Below, one piece after another: positions 17,838 to 28,054 of a stretch of 34,550 nt of DNA. The position numbers and the translations under genes were made by a program. The stretch covers positions 1-34,550 of the forward strand of contig JAIRRP010000005.1 in NCBI GenBank assembly GCA_031255915.1. The letters run 5' to 3'. The notes below the pieces were generated by a model. That model worked only from the letters and a program-made list of their open reading frames with translations. It did not search any database and had not been told where the DNA came from. The DNA is from Puniceicoccales bacterium. Lineage in GTDB: Bacteria; Verrucomicrobiota; Verrucomicrobiia; Opitutales; JAIRLG01. Every line of letters begins with the position of its first letter. Positions within the stretch are counted from its first letter, which is position 1.

Positions 17838-17937
17838 ATTCGCTGTCTTTGGAGCCCTACGGGCTCGCCCGCACAGCGGGCTACAAGAAGGGAAATGAAG
17901 GCCTTCATTTCCCTTTTGCAAAGACAGCGAAGCGAAT
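17838..17937 (+). repeat. Family B variant, copy B7 (same architecture, different closing stem)
   Basis: Closing stem TCGCTGTCTTTG/CAAAGACAGCGA encloses GAGCCC-TAC-GGGCTC, GCCCGC-ACA-GCGGGC and the 14-bp palindrome AAGGGAAATGAAGG|CCTTCATTTCCCTT. The last is homologous to the AAGGAAAAATGAAAGC arm of canonical copies. Confidence 0.75.
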
Positions 17938-17959
17938 GCTCCCAAGGCCAAAAAATACT

Positions 17960-19054
17960 TCATGATGCCTCCGTTGCCTCCAGTAAGGTCTGTATCTTTG
18001 CCCGATGATCGGCTAATAAAAGTGCCTCAAGCAACGCCTCCAGATCCCCATCCATGATCTGCGGTAAACTGTACAATGTCAGACCGATGCGGTGATCCGT
18101 CAGGCGATTTTGAGGAAAATTATAAGTCCGAATGCGTTCTGAACGATCCCCAGAACCCACCTGATGCTTCCGAACAGCCGCGTATTGGGCCCTTTCCTCC
18201 TCCTCTTTTCTCTGCAACAACCTCGAGCGCAGAACCGTCATCGCCCTTACGCGATTTTTCTGTTGGGAGCGTTCGTCCGCACAGTAGACAATCATTCCGG
18301 TCGGCCGATGCAATATCTGAACGGCCGAATCCGTGGTATTCACCCCTTGGCCACCAGGGCCACTGGCTCGGCAAATGGAAATTTCAATATCTTCCGGCGC
18401 AATCTGAATATCCACCTCTTCCGCCTCCGGCAGCACCGCCACCGTCGCCGCCGATGTGTGAATCCGTCCATTCGCCTCCGTTGTCGGAATGCGTTGCACG
18501 CGATGCACACCGCTTTCCAACTTTAAATACCGATAGACTTCTTCACCGCGAATCAAGAAAATGATTTCCTTAAAACCACCACATTCCGACGGACTCGAAC
18601 TCAGGACTTCAAGCTTCCATCCCTTCCGCTCCGCACAGCGCGTATACATGCGAAAAAGATCGCCGGCAAATAAGCTCGCCTCATCTCCTCCCGTACCCGC
18701 ACGAATTTCCATAATCGTATGACGTGAATCCGATGCCTCATGGGGAATCATATCCAACAAAATAGCCTGTTCCAGATGAGCCAAATGCTCTTCTCCATGG
18801 GCCAATTCTTCCGCCGCAAGAACCTTGAGTTCAGCATCTTCATCCACATCATTTAATAGGCGCTGACATGCCTGAATATCGCCCAACAAGCCTTCATATT
18901 GTCCGTATTTCTTCAGCAGAAGGGATAATTTTTGATGTTCCTTGGATATCTGAGCCGCTTGTCGCTGATCCGAAAAAAAATTTGATTCCGCCATGGCTCG
19001 TTCCAGCAGCTCATGACGACGCCGAAATGGCTCTATGCTAGGAATTTGTGTCAT
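17960..19054 (-). CDS. prfA: peptide chain release factor 1
   Basis: It has the GGQ motif (GPGGQGVNTTDSAV) and the RF1-type tripeptide context RVQRIPTTEANGRIHTS. No in-frame stop or frameshift of the prfB type is present. Confidence 0.93.
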   Translation of the reverse strand: MTQIPSIEPFRRRHELLERAMAESNFFSDQRQAAQISKEHQKLSLLLKKYGQYEGLLGDIQACQRLLNDVDEDAELKVLAAEELAHGEEHLAHLEQAILLDMIPHEASDSRHTIMEIRAGTGGDEASLFAGDLFRMYTRCAERKGWKLEVLSSSPSECGGFKEIIFLIRGEEVYRYLKLESGVHRVQRIPTTEANGRIHTSAATVAVLPEAEEVDIQIAPEDIEISICRASGPGGQGVNTTDSAVQILHRPTGMIVYCADERSQQKNRVRAMTVLRSRLLQRKEEEERAQYAAVRKHQVGSGDRSERIRTYNFPQNRLTDHRIGLTLYSLPQIMDGDLEALLEALLLADHRAKIQTLLEATEAS

Positions 19055-19310
19055 AACACTCTACGCCTGAGGGTTTAAAATTCACACTCTCTAAAGTCAA
19101 GTACCGAGCGCTACTTCATCGCGATGGAGGCATATTATCCCTTAGAATACAACGGCCACTCTCGAGAACCGCCCCCGGTATACCTGTCCTGTTCCCGCGA
19201 ACTGCAACGGAAAAAGAGAGGCCGTATCATCCACCCTACCGTAGCGATGATAAACCAAATGGCCAAAAAATAAGCCCCTAAAGGCACACTTCGCTTACTT
19301 CCACCTGTAC

Positions 19311-20075
19311 CTATCGTTTAATCCTATGCACAATGCGCTTTTTGACATCATCGAACGAGCCCCTGCTGTCGATTTCGACAAAAGGAATATCCGTCGATTG
19401 AAGATAGCGCAATGCCACTTCGGTATCGCTCAAAAAATTTTTATACCGACGACGGGCCAAAACCTCATCAACATCCGTAGAACGCACTTCACGTAAAGCC
19501 CCATTGCCGGTCTGCTTTACCTCTTGATTATAGGCGATAGCCTTACGACCACGGGACAATTGGCGTTCTAAACTCGTCGCCTCATCAACGGAAAAAACAA
19601 TGACTCTAAATTGCGGATCCTCGCTGGAAAGAGCCCGCAATTTTCTCTCCAATAGGTACAAAAATTTCGCCTGAAATAAGGATCTTGGGTAGCCATCCAT
19701 GACAAGACCCTCGCCACCCTTTCCCCGCAAAAGCGCCAAAAATGTCGCGCGAACGACAATGCTATTGTCCACCAAATCTCCACGATCTTTACGGGATTGC
19801 AAATCATCCGTATCCAGAAGCTCGCTGACGACAATAGGCTCAGAAGATATTCCAAGAGCGCGCATTACATGGCAGGAATTGGCCCCTTTCCCAGAACCTG
19901 GAGCTCCGCTCAACCAAATCACCGGTCGAGGAAAAACCATACCGGCCGACACATGATGCTCTTCCACCAGCTCCTGCAAAACCTTTTCGCAGACCCTATC
20001 GCTATTATCGGCATCCTGCACACCAGATAACACCGGTCCAGAATACCCCATTGAACTTTCCTCTTCTGTAGACAC
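19311..20075 (-). CDS. adenylate kinase / NMP kinase family protein (divergent, N-terminal extension)
   Basis: It has the P-loop GAPGSGKGAN, a DGYPRS block (compare DGFPR) and a RSTDVDEVLARRRY block (compare RxDDxxE). About 50 acidic or low-complexity residues precede the P-loop. It is not in a ribosomal-protein operon context. Confidence 0.6.
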   Translation of the reverse strand: MSTEEESSMGYSGPVLSGVQDADNSDRVCEKVLQELVEEHHVSAGMVFPRPVIWLSGAPGSGKGANSCHVMRALGISSEPIVVSELLDTDDLQSRKDRGDLVDNSIVVRATFLALLRGKGGEGLVMDGYPRSLFQAKFLYLLERKLRALSSEDPQFRVIVFSVDEATSLERQLSRGRKAIAYNQEVKQTGNGALREVRSTDVDEVLARRRYKNFLSDTEVALRYLQSTDIPFVEIDSRGSFDDVKKRIVHRIKR

Positions 20076-20213
20076 TACTATTTCTTCACGTTTTCATCGA
20101 TCCATTTATGCTTCATCAACCATTATATCGTCCGATAGTTAGGAATGGCAAAATTCATCAGCTGTAGCTGACGGAAACTGCACTTTAGATATTTTCAAGT
20201 CTTTTCATAATTT

Positions 20214-21506
20214 TTATAAAATTGTATGATCCGGCACAACGGCGTCCTTCCCTACACACAAAATACCATCCCGCACATAAAGCCCATTATATTCAAATCC
20301 GTCCCTCTTTCCATCAGGTGTTAAACGCACGTGACTCCCAATGCGGGCACCTTTGTCGATGATACAATCCCGGATGTAACTGTGACAACCCACACCTATC
20401 ATTGGAACACAATATTCCTCCTGGCTGTTCTCCTCCAGCGATTCGTAACAATTGGATCCCATCATGAAAACATTTTCCATGACCGTTCCCTCTCGCACCA
20501 CCGAACAAAGCCCCAGAACACAACGCTTCAGATGCACTTCATCCAAAAGGCAGCCGTCCGAAACGAGCACATCCTGCAAATCGCAGTGACATATCTTTGA
20601 AGCCGGCAAAAAACTGGGATGCGTATAGATCGGTGCCAGAGCGTCATAGAAATTGAATTCCGGATGAAATGATGTTAGGCCCAAATTGGCCTCAAAAAAA
20701 GACCTTACGGTGCCAATATCTTCCCAATAATCATCGAAAATGTAAGCCCGCATCGCGACTTTTCCAAGAAGCCCCGGGATGATCTCCTTTCCAAAATCGG
20801 ATCCACAGCTCGCCAACGTACGTTTCAAAACCTCTGCCTTAAAAACATAAATCCCCATCGAAGCCAAGCTATACTTTGTCGAAGAACGATCTTTTAATCG
20901 GCTCCTCAATTCGCCATCCATCGTCAATTGCTCCACGATTTCCAAATCATCCGGCTTTTCAAAAAATTCCTCAACGGAAAGGTCAGGGAGCACCCGCATC
21001 ACCCCAAAAGACGCAACGCGTTCATTGGGGATAGCTTTAGCGGCGATGGTCACATCCGCCCCAGTACACCGATGTTGCTCCACCAAATCGGCGATGTTCA
21101 TGCGATACAACTGGTCTCCCGAAAGAATGACCATCAGGTCATCCTTCTGGGCTTTAAAATAACGCATATTTTTCCGTACGGCGTCGGCGGTACCTTCATA
21201 CCAACTATCGGAATTATCCTGCGTCTGTTCCGCCGAAAAAATCTCGATCTTTCCACCACCAAACGTATCAAAGCGGTAGGTATTTTCAATATGCCGATGC
21301 AATGACCGCGTATTGAATTGGGTCAAAATATAGATGCGATTGAATCCTGAATTGAGGCAATTGCTGATGGGAATATCGACCAAGCGGTACTTTCCGGCCA
21401 ATGGAACCGCCGGTTTACAGCGGTACTTCGTAAGCGGATCGAGGCGCCTACCTCTGCCTCCGCCCATAATAATACACAATACATTCGGCCCATCCACAAC
21501 CACCAC
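20214..21506 (-). CDS. glgC: glucose-1-phosphate adenylyltransferase
   Basis: The N-terminal motif is IIMGGGRGRRLDPLTKYRCKPAVPLAGKYRLVDIPISNCLNSG. A C-terminal left-handed beta-helix region is present. Confidence 0.92.
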   Translation of the reverse strand: MVVVDGPNVLCIIMGGGRGRRLDPLTKYRCKPAVPLAGKYRLVDIPISNCLNSGFNRIYILTQFNTRSLHRHIENTYRFDTFGGGKIEIFSAEQTQDNSDSWYEGTADAVRKNMRYFKAQKDDLMVILSGDQLYRMNIADLVEQHRCTGADVTIAAKAIPNERVASFGVMRVLPDLSVEEFFEKPDDLEIVEQLTMDGELRSRLKDRSSTKYSLASMGIYVFKAEVLKRTLASCGSDFGKEIIPGLLGKVAMRAYIFDDYWEDIGTVRSFFEANLGLTSFHPEFNFYDALAPIYTHPSFLPASKICHCDLQDVLVSDGCLLDEVHLKRCVLGLCSVVREGTVMENVFMMGSNCYESLEENSQEEYCVPMIGVGCHSYIRDCIIDKGARIGSHVRLTPDGKRDGFEYNGLYVRDGILCVGKDAVVPDHTIL

Positions 21507-21741
21507 ACCATACTAGCGGATAGTGGCATAAAGTCAAATAGACAAGCGGCGACGAATACCGATTCTCAACTCTTTTTTCGAATCATGACACTCGGCGAAA
21601 GCTACACTGAGCCCGGACACCCGTATTTTTCTGAATCCTATTTTCACAAAATCGACCATGGCAATCATTTTCTCAAATCGTTCCAGCCGTATCATTTAAC
21701 CCTTTGGGACAACGACAAAACTCCCAAGCTCGGGAGCTCTC

Positions 21742-21850
21742 GGTTTGCCGCCTTTGCGGTAAGAGAAAAATGCAAAGCGGGAGCTTTCATTTTTCCTCAC
21801 CGCGGCCCGCGTAGCGGGCCAGAGCCCGAAGGGCTCAAAGGCGGCAAACC
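21742..21850 (-). repeat. Family B element, copy B5 (R)
   Basis: This is the reverse complement of the B architecture. In the F reading, the hairpin-1 loop is TTC, the hairpin-2 loop is TAC, and the long-hairpin base is GCGGTGAGG/CTCTTACCGC. Confidence 0.85.
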
Positions 21851-21890
21851 CGCCTCATCGACCGGAGACGCCCCAAGAACTTTCCGGAGC

Positions 21891-22039
21891 CTAGAGGATA
21901 CCGTCAAAATCAGGCAGTGAAAAGAGAGATGGAGCAGACGTGGGATGCAGAAACAAGTCTCCTATGCGTCCTTTTTTCCATTCCATCTTTCTTTCCTCTC
22001 TTTTTCCCTTTGTCGACCTTTTTTGACAACACTCTTTAG
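21891..22039 (-). mobile_element. Family A MITE-like hairpin element, copy A5 (reverse)
   Basis: Ends read CTAG-AGGATACCGTCAAAATCAGGCAG ... CCTTTTTTGACAACACTCT-TTAG. It aligns to the reverse complement of A1 and A2. Confidence 0.8.
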
Positions 22040-22202
22040 GCATGACATTTTCCCAAACCCATTATCCTGCAGTGAAGTAACTCCCCATGGAACAACTGCT
22101 AGGGCACAAAAGACTCAAAAAATTTCCCTCTCAACCGTTCCATGTAGCCAAGGCTTTTAGGATAAAAATCTACTAAAACCTTCCGAGATACGGACACAAA
22201 TC

Positions 22203-24392
22203 CTACCTTTCTTTTCGATAAGGACTCCTCTTGCCACCCGAAGTCCTCGAAGGCATCTTCGCTTCATACGGCTCTCCACGCGCTTCGCAAAGCGCCGCTT
22301 TACGGCTTAACCGCGTACGACCGCGTTCATCGATACCGACACATTTAACGACGATCTCATCGCCAATCTTACAAACATCTCCCGGATTCTCTATGCGAAT
22401 ATCCGACAATTCAGAAACATGGACCAATCCCTCTTTCCCGGGAATACATTCCACAAAAACACCGTAGTCCTTCACGGAACGCACAATGCCACGATAGGTC
22501 TTCCCGGATTCAATTTCAGCCGATATAAGCCGAATCTCCTTCAAAACGCGCTCCATGGACTCCCGGCCCGTGGCAAAAATAGTCACCTGACCACTATTAT
22601 CCTCATGAATATCGATTTGGGCACCAGAAATTTCCGTAATACGCTTGATATTTTTCCCACCTGGACCGATCAGGGCCCCGATTTTTTCGGGATCGATGGT
22701 GACCCGTTCATACCGCGGTGCATTTTCACGCAATTCTTCTCTGGGACTCACCTGAACCCCCTGCATGATATCCAAAATCTTCAGACGCGCCTCGCGACTG
22801 CGAGCAATAGCTTCCTCCGCGATGGTCAACGGAATACCTTTAATCTTCAGATCCAATTGAAATCCCGTGATGCCTTTCTCCGTCCCAGCTATTTTAAAAT
22901 CCATGTCGCCATAATGATCCTCCACATCCATGATATCCGTTAAAAGCACATGTTTCTCTATAGTCCCTGATGCATCAGAAGACGTGACAAGCCCCACTGA
23001 AATACCTGCTACCGGAGCCGTGATCTTCACACCTGCGTCCATTAAAGCCAAACATCCTCCACAAACTGTCGCCATGGAAGAAGAACCATTGGATTCTAGA
23101 ATTTCTGACGCAACGCGAATGGTATAGGGAAAATCCTCCTCATCCGGAAGAACTGGGATCAGAGAGCGTTCCGCCAAGGCACCATGGCCAATTTCTCGGC
23201 GGCCCGGCGAACCACTACGGCCTGTCTCGCCGACGGAAAACGGCGGAAAATTATAGTGCAATACGAACGTCTTGGAATGAATTCCGCCAGAAATAGCATC
23301 GATTTCCTGAACATCTCTAGAGGATCCCAAAGTGGTCGTCACTAATGCCTGGGTCTCTCCACGTTGAAACAAAGCGGAACCATGCACACAGGGCAAAATA
23401 CCCGTCTCGCAATGAATGGGCCGTATCTCATCGCATGCACGCCCATCCGAACGCCTGCCATGCTCCAAAAGGTAACGCCGATGGAGCTTCTCGAGTACCT
23501 CCTCGAACGCCACATTTAGGGAAATATCCGGAGTCGCCACATCCTTTATCTCCTCCGATACACGAAACTTCGTCTCCTCCTTAATCACCGCTACAGCGGC
23601 ATTGCGGGATATCTTATCCGGCAGAGAGATCGCTTCGCACAAACGGTCTTCAAAATGCGAACAGATGTCCAAAATACGCTTTTCTGGCAGTACCAAAGGA
23701 AAGGTCTTTTTCGGCTTGGCGACCAATGATGCCAATTTTCTCTGCGCCTGCAGCAGGAATTGTACTTTTTCATGAGCAAACCTAAGCGCTTCTATAAAGC
23801 GAGCTTCTGGAAGTTGATCGGTATTCCCCTCGATCATCATCATGTGATGTTCATCACCGACATAAACCATATCCAAAGAGGAATCGAGCATCTGCTCATG
23901 GGTGGGATTCACGACCCATTCTCCATCCACCTCCGCCACACGGACGGCTCCGATAGGGCCCTCCCAAGGAATATCGGAACAGAGTAAAGCCGCCGATGCA
24001 CCGTTGATCATCAAAATATCACCATCGTTCTGTAGATCGGCCGACAAGAGATAGCCTATGATCTGGACCTCATTCATGAAACCTTTTGGAAACAGAGGTC
24101 GCAATGGGCGATCGCACAATCGCGATGTCAATATCTCTTTTTCCGAAGGCCGTCCCTCCCGCTTGAAATATCCTCCTGGAATTCTCCCGGCCGCCGAAAA
24201 CTTCTCGCGATAATCCACGCTTAAAGGAAAAAAATCCTGTTCCGCTCTGACTGCCGCCGCTGCGACAGCACTCACCAAAACGCACGTATCTCCGAGCCGC
24301 ACCGTTACGGCTCCATTGGCCTGTTTTGCCAAGCTGCCCGTAGAGAACATTATTCCCAACTCGGGAGTCTCTACATTATACAATTGTTTCAT
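22203..24392 (-). CDS. pnp: polyribonucleotide nucleotidyltransferase (PNPase)
   Basis: 729 aa with two RNase PH-like domains, a KH domain ([11 protein letters not shown]) and an S1 domain ([19 protein letters not shown]). It lies downstream of rpsO, as in most bacteria. Confidence 0.95.
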   Translation of the reverse strand: MKQLYNVETPELGIMFSTGSLAKQANGAVTVRLGDTCVLVSAVAAAAVRAEQDFFPLSVDYREKFSAAGRIPGGYFKREGRPSEKEILTSRLCDRPLRPLFPKGFMNEVQIIGYLLSADLQNDGDILMINGASAALLCSDIPWEGPIGAVRVAEVDGEWVVNPTHEQMLDSSLDMVYVGDEHHMMMIEGNTDQLPEARFIEALRFAHEKVQFLLQAQRKLASLVAKPKKTFPLVLPEKRILDICSHFEDRLCEAISLPDKISRNAAVAVIKEETKFRVSEEIKDVATPDISLNVAFEEVLEKLHRRYLLEHGRRSDGRACDEIRPIHCETGILPCVHGSALFQRGETQALVTTTLGSSRDVQEIDAISGGIHSKTFVLHYNFPPFSVGETGRSGSPGRREIGHGALAERSLIPVLPDEEDFPYTIRVASEILESNGSSSMATVCGGCLALMDAGVKITAPVAGISVGLVTSSDASGTIEKHVLLTDIMDVEDHYGDMDFKIAGTEKGITGFQLDLKIKGIPLTIAEEAIARSREARLKILDIMQGVQVSPREELRENAPRYERVTIDPEKIGALIGPGGKNIKRITEISGAQIDIHEDNSGQVTIFATGRESMERVLKEIRLISAEIESGKTYRGIVRSVKDYGVFVECIPGKEGLVHVSELSDIRIENPGDVCKIGDEIVVKCVGIDERGRTRLSRKAALCEARGEPYEAKMPSRTSGGKRSPYRKER

Positions 24393-24485
24393 ATCTCTCT
24401 TTCTTGCTTAGATATCCTCTTTATTAACCACAGATCATTCAATTTTCACACAATATGTCAAAAACTCCCACGCTTGGGAGTATCC

Positions 24486-24594
24486 GGTTTACCGCCTTTG
24501 CAGTAAAGAAAAATGCAAAGCGGGAGCTTTCATTTTTCCTTACTGCGGCCCGCGTAGCGGGCAAGAGCCCAAAGGGCTCTAAAGGCGGTAAACC
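24486..24594 (-). repeat. Family B element, copy B6 (R), in the rpsO-pnp spacer
   Basis: Closing stem GGTTTACCGCC/GGCGGTAAACC carries a compensated G:C to A:T change. The long-hairpin base is GCAGTAA/TTACTGC. Confidence 0.85.
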
Positions 24595-24704
24595 CGCCCG
24601 TCGATCGTCGACGCCGTTCAAATAACACCACATTTCAAAATTCACGAACTCTAAAAGCTAGAAATTACTCCACGAACTCTGATCCTTTCGATAAAAACCT
24701 ACAC

Positions 24705-24977
24705 CTAACGGCGCAATTTCAGGCGCTGCAATATGGCTTCATACTGCGACAGGTTATGTTTCTGAAGGTAATTTAGTAACTTCCGACGGTGATTGGCCAT
24801 GGCGATGAGACCACGGCGCGTATGGTAATCCTTCTTGTGTATACGAAGATGTTCCGTAACATGCTGAATACGCGCCGTCAGAATCGCAATTTGGACTTCG
24901 CTCGAACCCGTATCCTTCTCATGCACCCTAAATGCATCGATCACTTTCTCCTTCTCGAGATAACTCGCTTTTGACAT
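24705..24977 (-). CDS. rpsO: 30S ribosomal protein S15
   Basis: 90 aa. The blocks DTGSSEVQIAILTARIQHVTEHLRIHKKDYHTRRGL are typical of S15. Confidence 0.95.
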   Translation of the reverse strand: MSKASYLEKEKVIDAFRVHEKDTGSSEVQIAILTARIQHVTEHLRIHKKDYHTRRGLIAMANHRRKLLNYLQKHNLSQYEAILQRLKLRR

Positions 24978-25238
24978 ATCTTTTCATAGATTCACGACCT
25001 TTAACGGGGATAACTTTATCCCCGATATCTCCGCCTCACGGCCGAAACATCGCTCCACTCGAAAATTTCGAGGGTCATGGCAGGTACTCCTGCTGGCGTG
25101 GGTTTGACGTTGAACAATTTCCTCCGTTCTACAAGCACTTTTAAAGCACCCAACGGCCAAAGCTGGTGAAAAAATTTTTTGAGGCCGTAAAAGTGTTGTT
25201 ATTTCTAAAACACGTACATAATTCCCTTAAGGAGATTT

Positions 25239-27800
25239 TTGTCCCCACCTATGGATCCGATCAATAATTTTACACCACGAGCCCAACAGGTTCTCGTTTT
25301 AGCGCGGCTGGAAGCAGATCGCTTTCAGCAAACTTACGTTGGCACAGAACATCTCCTACTCGGAATTATACAACTGGGTCAGGGCATTGCCTTTAACGCT
25401 TTGGAACGGCTTGGTGTCGACAATACCATCATCAAAGAGTGCATCGAACAGCGCATCTCTTCCCTTATCGGTGAACAAAAAAGGGACTTCGCCTCCAAGA
25501 ATACCCAAAATGTTCCCTTTACGCCACGTGTGAAAAATATCCTCATCTTGGCGGCCAAGGAAGCACGCGGATTACAGCATTCTTACATCGGTACTGAACA
25601 CCTCCTCTTGGCCCTTTTATGTGAAAATGAAGGGATTGCATCTGAAGTGCTACATGGCCTCCATATCGACGTCCAGGAATGTCGTAATGCTGTCCTTTCG
25701 GAACTAGATCCTCAATTCACCGGTGACATTCGCAAAAATACCGAAAATGATCCTCTTGATCACATCGATCCTCTCCACCACGACAGCATGATTAAGGTGG
25801 AGACCAAGACCCCAGCCCTCAAGGCATTTGGCCGCGATCTTACGGCCTTAGCCATATCCAAAACATTGGATCCCGTCATCGGTCGAGATAAAGAGATCGA
25901 GCGGACACTTCAAATTCTCTGCCGTCGAACAAAAAACAATCCCGCACTCATCGGGGAAGCCGGTGTTGGGAAAACCGCCATCGTCGAGGGGTTGGCACAG
26001 GCCATAGCCGAGAAAAAAGTTCCCCTAATTCTGCAGGATAAACGGATCATTTCGCTCGACCTTGCGCTCATGGTGGCCGGAACCAAGTATCGAGGGCAGT
26101 TCGAAGAGAGGCTCAAGGCGGTCATGGAAGAGATCCGCCGGACACAAAATGTCATTTTGTTCCTCGATGAACTTCATACCATCGTAGGGACGGGCGCTTC
26201 CGAAGGATCCATGGATGCCTCTAATATTTTGAAACCAGCGCTTTCACGTGGAGAAATCCAGTGTATCGGTGCCACTACTTTAGCAGAGTATCGAAAAAAT
26301 ATCGAAAAGGACTCGGCACTGGAACGACGCTTCCAATCCATCCTAATAGAACCACCGAGTACCGACAATGCGATACATATCCTCCAGGGGATCAAGCCAT
26401 GCTACGAGGAGCATCATTCCGTCTTCTACACACCTCAGGCCATCGAATTGGCGGTACAGCTCTCCGATCGCTATATCCAGGGACGATTCCTGCCCGATAA
26501 AGCCATCGACATCCTCGATGAAGCTGGTTCCTATGCTCACCTACATGCCTACCGACAAGCACCTGTTCTGGTCGCCGCGCTGCAGCGAGAAATCGAAACC
26601 ATAGCACTTCAAAAGGAAAAGGCGATTCATGACCAGCGTTTTGAAGAAGCGGCACAACTGCGCGATAAGGAAAAGCAGTTCTTGGAACAAAAGACATTCG
26701 CGCTTCAGGAATGGCAGGACCATCTCAAATCCTCCATCGTGGAAATTGATTCCGAATGCATCTGCCGCACCGTATCGGCCTACACAGGCATTCCCCTTTC
26801 ACGCATCGAACAAAAAGAGAGCGAACGATTACTGTGCATCGAGAAAGAACTACAAAAATCCGTCATCGGACAAGAAGAGGCGATCGAAAGTATTTCTCGA
26901 TCCCTTCGGCGTTCTCGCGCTGACTTCAGAGACCCTAAGCGTCCCATCGGTTCTTTTCTTTTTTTAGGTCCGACAGGTGTCGGGAAAACCTATCTGGCCA
27001 AGGTATTGGCAGAAAAAATATTTGGCTCCACGGAAGCACTTATCTCGGTCGACATGACAGAATACATGGAAAAGTTTTCCATTTCCCGCATGATCGGTTC
27101 TCCTCCGGGTTACATTGGCCATGAAGAAGGCGGGCAGATAACGGAGGCCGTTCGACGGAAACCGTACAGTGTGCTGCTCTTCGATGAAATCGAAAAGGCT
27201 CATCCTGATGTGCTTCAAATCTTCTTACAAATCCTTGAGGAAGGATGTTTAACCGATAGCCTTGGGCGAAAGGTCAATTTCAGGAATACGCTGCTCATCA
27301 TGACGAGCAATGTCGGCGCTGAGCTTTTTCAAAAAAACGGAATTATGGGATTTCCCTCTCTTCAGGGGAAAGAAGAAGGTGATTTCGAGATGACGAAGAA
27401 AAAAGTCATGGAAGAAGCTAAAAAGACGTTTCGACCAGAATTCATCAATCGCCTCAGTGACATCGTTGTATTTAAGCCGCTTTCCCAGGCAGTGCTGGAA
27501 AAAATTGTCCAGCTCAATATAGCCGCCATGAATCAACGCCTCGCAGCGAAGCGGATTTCTTTACATCTCTCTGACGAGACGCGAAAATTTCTCATACAGA
27601 AAGGCTATGATCCGAAATTAGGAGCGCGACCGCTGCGACGCTCCATTGAACATTACATTGAGGATCCTCTGGCCGAGGCTTTTCTCAAAGGGCGTATTCG
27701 CGAAGGCATGTCGCTCCACGCTACCCTTAATCCCGACCGCACCATTGCCTTCAAATCCAGACCACAGCGGCGAGCAACGCAGCTGGTCCCAAAAATTTGA
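25239..27800 (+). CDS. clpC: ATP-dependent Clp protease ATP-binding subunit ClpC
   Basis: It has a duplicated Clp_N repeat ([10 protein letters not shown] / [10 protein letters not shown]) and two AAA modules ([25 protein letters not shown]). A UVR-like linker ([13 protein letters not shown]) distinguishes ClpC from ClpB. The start is either TTG 25239 (AAGGAG 4 nt upstream) or ATG 25251. Confidence 0.92.
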   Translation: MSPPMDPINNFTPRAQQVLVLARLEADRFQQTYVGTEHLLLGIIQLGQGIAFNALERLGVDNTIIKECIEQRISSLIGEQKRDFASKNTQNVPFTPRVKNILILAAKEARGLQHSYIGTEHLLLALLCENEGIASEVLHGLHIDVQECRNAVLSELDPQFTGDIRKNTENDPLDHIDPLHHDSMIKVETKTPALKAFGRDLTALAISKTLDPVIGRDKEIERTLQILCRRTKNNPALIGEAGVGKTAIVEGLAQAIAEKKVPLILQDKRIISLDLALMVAGTKYRGQFEERLKAVMEEIRRTQNVILFLDELHTIVGTGASEGSMDASNILKPALSRGEIQCIGATTLAEYRKNIEKDSALERRFQSILIEPPSTDNAIHILQGIKPCYEEHHSVFYTPQAIELAVQLSDRYIQGRFLPDKAIDILDEAGSYAHLHAYRQAPVLVAALQREIETIALQKEKAIHDQRFEEAAQLRDKEKQFLEQKTFALQEWQDHLKSSIVEIDSECICRTVSAYTGIPLSRIEQKESERLLCIEKELQKSVIGQEEAIESISRSLRRSRADFRDPKRPIGSFLFLGPTGVGKTYLAKVLAEKIFGSTEALISVDMTEYMEKFSISRMIGSPPGYIGHEEGGQITEAVRRKPYSVLLFDEIEKAHPDVLQIFLQILEEGCLTDSLGRKVNFRNTLLIMTSNVGAELFQKNGIMGFPSLQGKEEGDFEMTKKKVMEEAKKTFRPEFINRLSDIVVFKPLSQAVLEKIVQLNIAAMNQRLAAKRISLHLSDETRKFLIQKGYDPKLGARPLRRSIEHYIEDPLAEAFLKGRIREGMSLHATLNPDRTIAFKSRPQRRATQLVPKI

Positions 27801-28054
27801 GCTCTCATACGCCCAAGATAGGAGAAAAAGCTCCACAGCGGCCAGTGGATCGATTTTACCGCCATCGAGCCATGGAATGATCCCTCTCGATACAAATTAC
27901 AATACGGAGGATTTTCACGCGCCGCAAAGTCGATGAACTCATGCATTATGCCCATGACATCGCCATGCTGATGTGCGGCGATCGGCCTATTTCCCCGTGA
28001 TTCGGGAATTTTCACGGTTTTGTGAAGCTTCCTCTTCTTCGAGAAATTCCAGCG

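Noticed and set aside
18076-18564. Long antisense or alternative-frame ORFs inside housekeeping genes. Examples are 18076-18564 and 18164-18526 in prfA, 22419-22943 in pnp, 4552-4980 in xseA, 15382-15744 in ftsH, 20928-21305 in glgC and 32355-32735 in infB.
   Set aside because: These are shadow ORFs fully nested in strongly supported genes. Their translations are low-complexity or Arg/Pro/Ser-rich, with no motifs.
17960-19054. Possible programmed +1 frameshift, as in prfB.
   Set aside because: The gene is RF1-type (PTT context, uninterrupted ORF from the ATG). No in-frame UGA or upstream SD-like frameshift site is present.
19124-19273. A 49-aa plus-strand ORF (MEAYYPLEYNGHSREPPP...AKK) in the prfA / adenylate-kinase-like spacer.
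   Set aside because: It has no ribosome-binding site and no recognisable motif. It lies opposite to both neighbours, and its length is within chance expectation for a 256-bp gap.
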